Assembly (NCBI GenBank): GCA_034664845.1
Contig: JAXDGW010000064.1
Span: forward strand, 21,632-85,631
Direction: 5' to 3'
DNA from: Thermoanaerobaculia bacterium
GTDB taxonomy: Bacteria > Acidobacteriota > Thermoanaerobaculia > Gp7-AA8
DNA: 64,000 nucleotides
Shown: positions 1 to 7,309 of the stretch, piece by piece
Position numbering within the stretch: the stretch's first letter is position 1
Layout of the letters: the number at the start of each line of letters is the position of its first letter
Made by a program: the position numbers and the translations under genes
The notes under the pieces: model-generated
What the model was told of the DNA's origin: nothing
The model's input: only the letters and a program-made list of their open reading frames with translations
Database searches by the model: none

Positions 1-498
1 CGGCTCATCGCAGAGGAGCAGCGGCGGAGCGGCGGCCATGGCCCGGGCGATCCCGACGCGTTGCTGTTCTCCTCCGGAAAGCGAGCGCGGAAACCGACCG
101 GCGAAGCGGTCGAACGGCATGTCCAGCCGTTCCAGCAATTCCGCACTCGTTCGGCGGATGCGCTCCTCCGGCCATTCCAGCAAGCGCGGAACCGTAGCCA
201 CATTCTCGAACACCGTCAAATGAGGAAATAGCGCCGGAGCCTGCAGGATCGTTCCGATGCGCCGCCTTCTCGCTGCCAGACCGGACCCGGTCAGCGCAAG
301 GCCATCGATGACCACCGTTCCGCTGGATGGCGTGGCCAACCCGTTAAGAAGCCGGAGCAGCGTGGTCTTGCCGGCCCCGCTCCTGCCGATGACCGCCACC
401 GACTCGCCCGAATCGATTCGCAGCGAGATGCCGCGCACGATGGCATTGCCATTCGACCCCGCCACAGTCGCCCGATCGATGAATACGGAAGAGCCCAC
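1..498 (-). CDS. ABC transporter ATP-binding protein (OpuA/PotA-like), 3'-truncated by window edge
   Basis: Manual translation from GTG 498: Walker A GRSGAGKTT, Q-loop region ILQAPALFPHLTVFENV, signature LSGGEQQRV, Walker B LLLCDEP. Not in the supplied ORF track because there is no stop in the window. Confidence 0.9.
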   Translation of the reverse strand, partial: MGSSVFIDRATVAGSNGNAIVRGISLRIDSGESVAVIGRSGAGKTTLLRLLNGLATPSSGTVVIDGLALTGSGLAARRRRIGTILQAPALFPHLTVFENVATVPRLLEWPEERIRRTSAELLERLDMPFDRFAGRFPRSLSGGEQQRVGIARAMAAAPPLLLCDEP

Positions 499-594
499 AC
501 GGCGATTGTAGTGGTGACATCCGCGGCGGCGTCAGATCGGTCTAACCCCGTGCTAACCGACAACGGACAACGCGGCTGCCGCAGGCAGGCGCAG

Positions 595-1230
595 CTATTT
601 CTCCATCGTCACATTCAACCGCGCGATCTCCAGCTTTGCATCGTCGGCGACCGTCACGACGAACTGCTGGTCCTTGTAGCCGGGGGCGGTGAGATGGATC
701 GTGTAGCTGCCGGGTGCGGGGAAGTCGTAGACCTCGTCCATCGAACTGAACTGCTTGGCCTGGCCGATCACGAGATCGTTGACCGAAACCATCGCGTCTC
801 CCGGAACGACGTTCAACATCATTCCGCGGCGCGCCCAGATCCGCACGGTCGATGTGATGCCGTGGCCGGTGCCACTGATTTCGGCGCGCGCGTTTCCGGC
901 GACCGCTTCGTGAGCGGCTGGCGTGTTGTCGGCGGCATCACCGGGAAAGACGAGCGACGAGCCCGCCTCCGGCTCACCCGGTGCTCCCGATCCGCCATTC
1001 GTCCCGCGAACCGGATGCCGCGTGCGCACTACGTTCGTCAGCGGCGGATTGCGATAACGAATGCCCGTGTAGACCGCAAGGCCAGCCATCGCCACCAGAA
1101 CGACACCGATGACTGCCGGCACCCACGGCGGCATCAGAGAGGGCTCGTCCGATCCGGACCTCTCGTCAGTCTCGTCGTTAGTCTCGCCGGTCGGCGCCGT
1201 CGGACCCGGCGGGTGGGGCTCGTCGGTCAT
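595..1230 (-). CDS. Single-pass membrane protein with C-terminal PEGA-like beta domain
   Basis: Hydrophobic segment WVPAVIGVVLVAMAGLAVY; C-terminal PAPGSYTIHLTAPGYKDQQFVVTV resembles PEGA; overlaps the upstream gene stop (ATGA). Confidence 0.6.
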   Translation of the reverse strand: MTDEPHPPGPTAPTGETNDETDERSGSDEPSLMPPWVPAVIGVVLVAMAGLAVYTGIRYRNPPLTNVVRTRHPVRGTNGGSGAPGEPEAGSSLVFPGDAADNTPAAHEAVAGNARAEISGTGHGITSTVRIWARRGMMLNVVPGDAMVSVNDLVIGQAKQFSSMDEVYDFPAPGSYTIHLTAPGYKDQQFVVTVADDAKLEIARLNVTMEK

Positions 1231-1661
1231 TCCTTCTCCGCCGGATCCGCCGCGATCTCTTCGTCTTCCGTGATTTCGGCGGTGCCTTCGTCGGTCACGA
1301 TCGTGTCGGCGTCATCTTCGAGGCGATCGAAATCGGCCTCGCGCTGACGGAGCAATTCCTGCGCGCGCGCTTCGTCCTGCGCGCCGACGTAGATTCTGAT
1401 GTCGCCCATCGTCCCGAAGTTGATCGGCTCCATGCTGAACTTCACGTTCTCGATCTGCGCCGGGATTCCCTCGGCATCCAGAAATCCTTTGATGATGCGA
1501 GCCCGGTCATCCACGCCTGTGCTGGCGATCTCGACCCACGTCGTTTCCCCGTCGCTTGCAACCGCCTGGAACGGCAGTTCTTCGATGAGCGCGACGTGAT
1601 CGGTTGGGCACTCCGTCTGACCGTCAGTCCACTCCTGCTTGCATGTTGGGCAGTAAGGCAT
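1227..1661 (-). CDS. Zinc-ribbon + DUF2007-like putative signal-transducing protein
   Basis: N-terminal CPTC...CPTDH; central A..IKGFLDAEGIPA...GDIRIYV...A.ELL pattern typical of DUF2007. Confidence 0.65.
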   Translation of the reverse strand: MPYCPTCKQEWTDGQTECPTDHVALIEELPFQAVASDGETTWVEIASTGVDDRARIIKGFLDAEGIPAQIENVKFSMEPINFGTMGDIRIYVGAQDEARAQELLRQREADFDRLEDDADTIVTDEGTAEITEDEEIAADPAEKE

Positions 1662-1683
1662 CGTGTTCTCCTCGGATTTTTTT

Positions 1684-2751
1684 TCAGGGAAGGAGCGTGA
1701 CCTTACCGCTCTGTTCCGTCATCGTTCCAATCGTTGCATAGAACAGGCCGCTTTGACGCATGCGCGCTTCGAGCGCAGCGAGCTTTTCGGGCGCGACTGC
1801 CATGAGCAAACCGCCGCTGGTCTGCGCGTCGCACAGCAGCATAAGCTCCGATTCGGGGACGCGCAGATCGACGCGGCGCCGAAACGTCTCGACATTGCGC
1901 AGCGTCCCGGCCGGACGGAATCCTCGAGCCAGTGACTCGCGGGCGTTCTTCAGGACCGGCACCGCGCCGGCGCGAATGTCCGCACCGACGCCGGAGCCTT
2001 CGCACATCTCCAGCAGATGGCCGATGAGCCCGTAGCCGGTTACATCGGTCGCCGCGTTGACGCCGACGTCGATCATCGCGGCAGCAGCGTCGCGGTTGAG
2101 CATCAACATCCAGTGAATGGCCTCGTCGAGCGAGGGCGCCGCGCGCCGGCGGAAGCGCCGCGTGCTCAGCGCGCGATACGCACTGATCAGAATCCCGTTG
2201 CCGATCGGCTTCGTCAGGATGATCGTGTCGCCGGCCTTCGCCGTCGAATTGCGGACCAGCTTCGGCACGCTGACGATCCCGGTGACCGCCAGCCCGTACT
2301 TCGGCACGTCGTCGATGATCGTGTGGCCTCCGGCGATTGGGAATCCGGCTTCCGCCGCTTTCTCGGATCCGCCGCGAAGAATCTCCTGAAGCACCTCGAG
2401 CGGAAGGACGCCGGTGGGAAAGGCGGCGATGGCCAACCCGAGGATTGGTGTGGCGCCAATGGCGTAGATGTCGGAGACCGAGTTCGCAGCCGCGATCGCG
2501 CCGAAAAGGTAGGGATCGTCGACGATCGGCGTGAAAAAATCGACCGTCTGGGCGATTGCCTGGTCCCCGGAGATGCGCACCACAGCCGCGTCGTCATTGG
2601 TGCCGTAACCGACGACAAGATCCCCCAGCCCTTCCTGGGAAGGGAGTTTCGCGAGCACGGATCGAAGGTCATCCTGACCCAGCTTGCAGGCTCAGCCACC
2701 GGTCGTCGCGAACGACGAAAGTGGCGGATACGACTTGATTTTCCGCTTCAC
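1684..2751 (-). CDS. selD: Selenide, water dikinase (selenophosphate synthetase), selenocysteine-containing form
   Basis: Motifs DDAAV, QTVDFFTPIVDDP, GGHT, DVTGYGL, DAQTSGGLL. The frame continues upstream of the track's start through an in-frame TGA (2692-2694) to GTG 2751: MKRKIKSYPPLSSFATTGG-U-ACKLG, which matches the SelD U/C-x-x-K catalytic motif. Confidence 0.92.
2667..2679 (-). promoter_or_regulatory. Bacterial SECIS-like hairpin in selD
   Basis: GGTCA-GGA-TGACC perfect 5-bp stem with a G-containing apical loop, starting 12 nt 3' of the UGA. Confidence 0.7.
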
Positions 2752-2915
2752 GGGCGAATGGTATCCCCCAAACGCACTAACGGAGCCTTTCGGCTCCGTT
2801 GTGGTACATCGTTGGGCTGGACCGCTGCAACCAGTAGGTGGGATTCAAGGAAGCTAGGTGATTAATCGTCCAAAATCGGTCCAATAGTCAAGGAGGGGGT
2901 ACGCAGCGGCCACTA

Positions 2916-3127
2916 GACGCGGGCAGTCAGGATGGGACCCGCGTGACGGTCTCGTTTCTGTCGAAACCATTTTCATCGTGCCCGTCCTTTTGCACGGCGC
3001 CTGCCAAGACTAATAAATAGTCACTTTTGGGGAGTCCATCAGGAGCGCTTAAGTTCCAGCCAGTTTGTAACTATCAGACTGGCTTGAGTTTATCACCGTA
3101 TCGCAGGGAACAGCCTAATCCCCCGTC
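2916..3127 (+). ncRNA. Putative 6S RNA-like structured ncRNA
   Basis: The ends pair into a long irregular helix (2916-2953 with 3086-3127) that encloses an AU-rich bubble, a central stem and side hairpins. Segments ATTTTCAT, GGCGC, AGCGCTTAAG and AGGGAACAGCCT occur in the order I recall for enterobacterial 6S RNA. Not confirmed by a covariance search; strand uncertain. Confidence 0.4.
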
Positions 3128-3214
3128 GACTCGCAAATGCCAAGTGAAAAATTTGCGCCGCGTCCGATCCGGTTGCAAAGTTTTCCACGGTCCTCGGCAA
3201 ACCATCGATCGATG

Positions 3215-3418
3215 CTAAGCCAGTAGCCCGTTGAGATCGGCAAGTAGGCGATCCAAATCGAGCCGATAGCCCTCGGCGACCTCAGCCAAAGTCTCCTCGG
3301 CAGCCGACGAGCAGCCGTCGCATCCGCCGATCTGGTATGCCGCAAACACCCATCGCGCGGCGGGGTGCAACGCCAGCGCTGCGTCGACGGTCATCTCGGA
3401 GTTGAACTCTGCCTGCAC
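3215..3418 (-). CDS. DUF1858-like small cysteine-containing protein
   Basis: MTV..AL..HP.A..VF.AY.IGGCDGC...EETL.E.A..Y.LD...LL..LN pattern of DUF1858 / hybrid-cluster-associated domains. Confidence 0.7.
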   Translation of the reverse strand: MQAEFNSEMTVDAALALHPAARWVFAAYQIGGCDGCSSAAEETLAEVAEGYRLDLDRLLADLNGLLA

Positions 3419-3453
3419 GTTGGCGCAATTGTACGCAGTTAGAATGCCGGGCG

Positions 3454-3702
3454 ATGCTGCGCGTCCGTCTCCTCTTCTTTGCCGTCCTGCGCGAGATCGC
3501 AGGCAAGGACGAGGAAGTCGTCGAGATCGCCGACGGCACGACCGCCGGCGATGTCTGGCAACGCCTGCGGCGCGAGCACACCGCGCTGCGCGATTACAGC
3601 CAACCGCCGATGATCGCCGTCAATGAAAGCTATGCCCGCGCCGAGGAGATTTTGCGCGACGGCGACGAACTGGTGTTCATCCCGCCAGTGGCCGGCGGTT
3701 GA
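3454..3702 (+). CDS. moaD: MoaD/ThiS family sulfur carrier protein
   Basis: VRLLFFA.LRE start, AVNESY, L.DGDEL.FIPPVAGG with C-terminal di-glycine. Confidence 0.9.
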   Translation: MLRVRLLFFAVLREIAGKDEEVVEIADGTTAGDVWQRLRREHTALRDYSQPPMIAVNESYARAEEILRDGDELVFIPPVAGG

Positions 3703-3711
3703 GCGACTCGT

Positions 3712-4005
3712 CTAGTCCGTCAACTGCTTCATCAGCTCGTTGATCTCGTCGTAGACACGCTTCACCGACGGCCCGACCTCGGTGAGACCGCCGGCATCGC
3801 GGGAACGCTCGTCGCGGAGCATGTCGAGAATCATGTCGCTGGCGAAGAGCATGTCGGCTAGTTTGTCGACGACGCGCTCCTGAAGAGGCATCCTCAGATC
3901 GAGGAAAGGGTCGGAGGTTTGGGTCAACATTTCTCGCACTCTGTCTAGGAGTGATTTATCTACCGATGTCCCTACCCTCTTTTTCGTAACATTCTCAAAT
4001 TTCAT
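3712..4005 (-). CDS. Hypothetical protein, possible ribbon-helix-helix N-terminus
   Basis: 97 aa; KKRVGTSVDKSLLDRVREM resembles an RHH beta-alpha motif. The 5' part is unusually AT-rich, so the start is uncertain. Confidence 0.45.
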   Translation of the reverse strand: MKFENVTKKRVGTSVDKSLLDRVREMLTQTSDPFLDLRMPLQERVVDKLADMLFASDMILDMLRDERSRDAGGLTEVGPSVKRVYDEINELMKQLTD

Positions 4006-4122
4006 GGATAAGACGCCTATCCGCGTCGCTTTTCGCCTTCCGCGTTTGCGATATCGTTACAACGCTGCCGCGCCCCGCCGGGCAAGTCTGGCAACGCCTC
4101 AAATCAAACAAGGAGCTCCCAC

Positions 4123-5826
4123 ATGGTTCGACTGCGTTGGTTTCTCATCCTCGCCGGCCTCGCCGCTCTGCCTGTCATCGCCGCCACCAGCAACGCTGCG
4201 AAAAAGAGCAATCAAAGTGCCGCCCCTGCTCCGGTGGCCAAAGGGATGGCGATGCTGAGCGCGAAAGCGCTCGCGGCACACGACCGCTTCCTCGCCAGCG
4301 ATCTGCTCGAAGGACGCGGCCCAGGCACGCGCGGCGATGAGATCGCGCAGCAATACCTCGCCGCTCAATTCGAGTCGTACGGCCTCCAACCGGGCGGCGA
4401 AAACGGCACCTACTACCAGAACGTCCCGCTCCTCGGCATCGCCACCGATCGCGACAAAACGTCGCTCGCTTTCACCAAGAACGGCGCCCCGATCGGAGGC
4501 TCTCTCAAGTTCGGCGATCAGATCGTCGGCCAGAATCAGTCGCAGACCGAAAGCGGCTCGATCGATTCCGATCTCGTCTTCGTCGGCCATGGCGTCGTCG
4601 CGCCGGAGTATCGGTGGGACGACTACAAAGGCCTCGACACGCGCGGCAAGACGCTCGTGATGCTCGTCGACGATCCGCCGGCAAACCCGCAGGAGCCCGA
4701 TCTCTTCAAAGGAAATGCGCGCACCTACTACGGCCGCTGGACCTACAAGTACGAGATCGGCACGACAAAGAACGCCACCGGCGTCATCCTCATTCACACC
4801 ACCGCGGCTGCGGGCTACGGCTGGAACGTCGTCTCGAACTCGTGGGGCGGCGAGAACTCGTTCATGAAGAACAAGCCCGGCGCTCCGGCCCTCCACTTCG
4901 CAGGCTGGATGACCGAGGAGGTGGCGCGCGAGGTTTTCAAAGCGGCTGGTCAGGATCTCGATTCGCTCACGAAGGCTGCCTCGGCGCGCGACTTCCAACC
5001 GGTTCCGCTCGGCGTCAAGCTCACCGGCAGCGTCGCCAGCAAGCTCCGCTCCTTCAACACCACCAACGTCGTCGCCAAGCTCGCCGGCAGCGATCCGAAA
5101 CTGCGCGACGAGGCCATCCTCTACTCCGCGCATCACGATCACCTCGGCATCGGACCCGCCGACAAAACCGGAGACACGATTTACAACGGAGCGCTGGACA
5201 ACGCCTCGGGTTGCGCGATCCTCCTGGAGATGGCGCGCGTCTGGTCGCGGATGCCGGCGCCGAAACGCTCGATCTACTTCGCCGCCGTTGCCGCCGAAGA
5301 GCAGGGGCTCATTGGTTCCGCCTACCTCGGTCAGAACCCGCCCATCCCCTCCGGCCGCATCGCCCTCGGCATCAACTACGACATGATCCCGGAGCTCGGC
5401 CGCGTACGCGACGTCAACATGAACGGCATCGAGCGAACGACGTTCTACTCGACCGCGCAACGAATCACCAAAGCGCTCGGGCTGACCATCGCTCCCGACC
5501 CCGAGCCCGAACAGGGTCACTACTACCGCTCCGATCACTTCAGTTTCGGCAAGGTCGGGATTCCGGCGTTCTCGATCGATCCAGGCCACGACGTCATCGG
5601 CAAACCGGCAGGCGCCGGCGCAGCGTGGTCGACCGAGTTCCGCGCCAATCACTACCACCAGCCGAGTGACCAGTTCGATCCGAAATGGGACTGGTCGGAA
5701 GCCGTGCAGATGGCGGAGCTGGGGATCTGGATGGGATGGGATGCCGCGAACGCCGCGACGATGCCGAATTGGAAAGAGGGCGACGAGTTTCGTGCCGCGC
5801 GCGACCGCAGTCTGGCAGCCAGGTAG
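4123..5826 (+). CDS. M28 family metallopeptidase with PA domain, exported
   Basis: Signal peptide; Zn ligands in AHHDHLG, GALDNASG, AEEQGLIGS, RSDHFSF, YHQPSD. Confidence 0.9.
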   Translation: MVRLRWFLILAGLAALPVIAATSNAAKKSNQSAAPAPVAKGMAMLSAKALAAHDRFLASDLLEGRGPGTRGDEIAQQYLAAQFESYGLQPGGENGTYYQNVPLLGIATDRDKTSLAFTKNGAPIGGSLKFGDQIVGQNQSQTESGSIDSDLVFVGHGVVAPEYRWDDYKGLDTRGKTLVMLVDDPPANPQEPDLFKGNARTYYGRWTYKYEIGTTKNATGVILIHTTAAAGYGWNVVSNSWGGENSFMKNKPGAPALHFAGWMTEEVAREVFKAAGQDLDSLTKAASARDFQPVPLGVKLTGSVASKLRSFNTTNVVAKLAGSDPKLRDEAILYSAHHDHLGIGPADKTGDTIYNGALDNASGCAILLEMARVWSRMPAPKRSIYFAAVAAEEQGLIGSAYLGQNPPIPSGRIALGINYDMIPELGRVRDVNMNGIERTTFYSTAQRITKALGLTIAPDPEPEQGHYYRSDHFSFGKVGIPAFSIDPGHDVIGKPAGAGAAWSTEFRANHYHQPSDQFDPKWDWSEAVQMAELGIWMGWDAANAATMPNWKEGDEFRAARDRSLAAR

Positions 5827-5869
5827 CGACGGATTCGTGCCGAGCTGCGTATGCTAGAGTCGATTCGTA

Positions 5870-5935
5870 GATCGGTAGATTGGTCCCTCATCCTGATCTA
5901 CTCATCTACTAGTCACTAATCCACTAGCTCACTGG
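5870..5935. repeat. Short imperfect palindrome built from GTAGAT/ATCTAC units
   Basis: GTAGATCGGTAGAT versus ATCTACTCATCTAC in the intergenic gap. Confidence 0.45.
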
Positions 5936-5943
5936 AGTCATCG

Positions 5944-6489
5944 ATGATCAAAACCTCACGTTTGCTCGCGGCCGCGGCGCTCATCGCGCTCATCGCCGCC
6001 GGCTGCGGAAAAGAAAAGAAAAACGAGTCGACCGAGCCCGAAGCGTTCGCGTTCACGATCTATCCCGGTTCGCGTTATCTGGCTCAGGTGACCGACCTCT
6101 GGAAGCAGGCGCGCAAAGTCATGCTGCCTGGAAGCGACGTACCGCCGATCGCGATTTACGACACCGACGCGCCGATCGATAAGGTCGCTGAGTTTTATGC
6201 GCAGTCGTACGGCTACAACAAGGTCGCGCCGGACGCCACGAACAACCTGAGCTCCGCCAAGCCTCCCGCCTACTACCGCACCGGCGAGCTGGCCACGGAC
6301 GTCGCCGGAATCGTTCCGGTCGCGCAGAAGATGAACCTGAAGCTCGATCCAACGAAGGCGGTCGGTTCGTACCGCGCCGCGGAGATCGATCCGACCGCCA
6401 ACCGTCCGCGCGTGACGATCCAGCGCCCGTACTTCGATGTATCGACCTCGCAGACGGTCGACCGCACGCTCATCATGATGTCGCGCTGA
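5944..6489 (+). CDS. Hypothetical lipoprotein
   Basis: Lipobox LIAAGC after a hydrophobic signal peptide. Confidence 0.7.
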   Translation: MIKTSRLLAAAALIALIAAGCGKEKKNESTEPEAFAFTIYPGSRYLAQVTDLWKQARKVMLPGSDVPPIAIYDTDAPIDKVAEFYAQSYGYNKVAPDATNNLSSAKPPAYYRTGELATDVAGIVPVAQKMNLKLDPTKAVGSYRAAEIDPTANRPRVTIQRPYFDVSTSQTVDRTLIMMSR

Positions 6490-7289
6490 TGCCTACCCCG
6501 CGGCGCGCGCTGACCGCCGGACTCGGCCTCATCGGAGGATCGATCGGAATCGCGCTGCGCCGCCGCGGATGGCACGTTACGTACGTTGATCGCGAGCTTG
6601 CGCTTGAGGATGCCATCCGAGCGGAAGCGGCAGACGAGCGCGCCGATTCGTTCGACGGCACGTTTGATGTGACCGTGTTGGCCACTCCGGTCGATGCTGC
6701 TGTCGATGCGGTCAGCCAATGCCGCGCGCTGACGACGTCGGTGTGCAGCGTGATGGCGCCGCTTCGGTCCGCCGCCGATGCGCGCGGTCTCGCGTTCGTA
6801 GCGGGCCACCCGCTCGCGGGCTCGCAAGAGCGCGGCCTCGCTGCCGCGCGCGGGGATCTGTTTGAAGGCGCGACGTGGTTCATCGATCGCGACGATGGCG
6901 TCGTTCAAGAGCTCATCGCCGCCTGCGGCGCACGCGCGGAGCGCGTGGACGCGAGCGAGCACGATCGCGCCCTCGCACTGACGAGCCACCTGCCGCAGAT
7001 CCTCTCGACCGCGCTTGCCGCCTATTTGCACGACCAGAACATCGACCCGCGCTTCGCAGGGTCAGGCCTTCGCACCTTCCTCCGCCTCGCCGGCAGCGCG
7101 GCCTCGGTCTGGTCGCCAATCATCGCCGCGAACCGCGAGAACATCGCGCCGCACGCCGCGGCCGTCGCCCAACTCGTGAAGAAGATCATCGAAGGCAGCG
7201 CTGGGCCGTTCGCGCAAGCGAACGAGTGGAACGCCGGCGTCCCGCCGGCTGGCCCGGCGGCGTCCCGCCGCCGCGACGGCGAAGAGTAG
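6489..7289 (+). CDS. tyrA: Prephenate/arogenate dehydrogenase
   Basis: GLGLIGGSIG Rossmann motif, FVAGHPLAGS, EHDRALALTSHLPQ, GSGLR.F.RLA. Confidence 0.85.
   Translation: MPTPRRALTAGLGLIGGSIGIALRRRGWHVTYVDRELALEDAIRAEAADERADSFDGTFDVTVLATPVDAAVDAVSQCRALTTSVCSVMAPLRSAADARGLAFVAGHPLAGSQERGLAAARGDLFEGATWFIDRDDGVVQELIAACGARAERVDASEHDRALALTSHLPQILSTALAAYLHDQNIDPRFAGSGLRTFLRLAGSAASVWSPIIAANRENIAPHAAAVAQLVKKIIEGSAGPFAQANEWNAGVPPAGPAASRRRDGEE
7228..7275. repeat. REP-like doublet inside the tyrA 3' end
   Basis: GCCGGCGTCCCGCCGGC followed by GCGGCGTCCCGCCGC, two hairpins of the same family. Confidence 0.6.
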
Positions 7290-7309
7290 CGCGCAGTACC
7301 ATCTCTCCG

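Noticed and set aside
2761-3130. tRNA-Sec, tmRNA, SRP RNA, RNase P RNA, group II intron or Moco riboswitch
   Set aside because: No cloverleaf with a TCA anticodon, no tmRNA acceptor/T-arm ends, no SRP GGAAGGAAGCAG core, no GAGGAAAGTCC, no intron domain V, and no Moco consensus could be seen.
4099-5658. Long antisense ORFs (e.g. 4099-5658, 9906-11786, 34981-37299, 53599-55779, 57607-58890)
   Set aside because: They are shadows of well-supported genes on the opposite strand, as expected at high GC, and have no recognisable motifs.
6875-7309. N-terminal extension of YfhO-1 in the ORF track
   Set aside because: It overlaps tyrA and a REP element; the paralog alignment and -10 box support TTG 7310.
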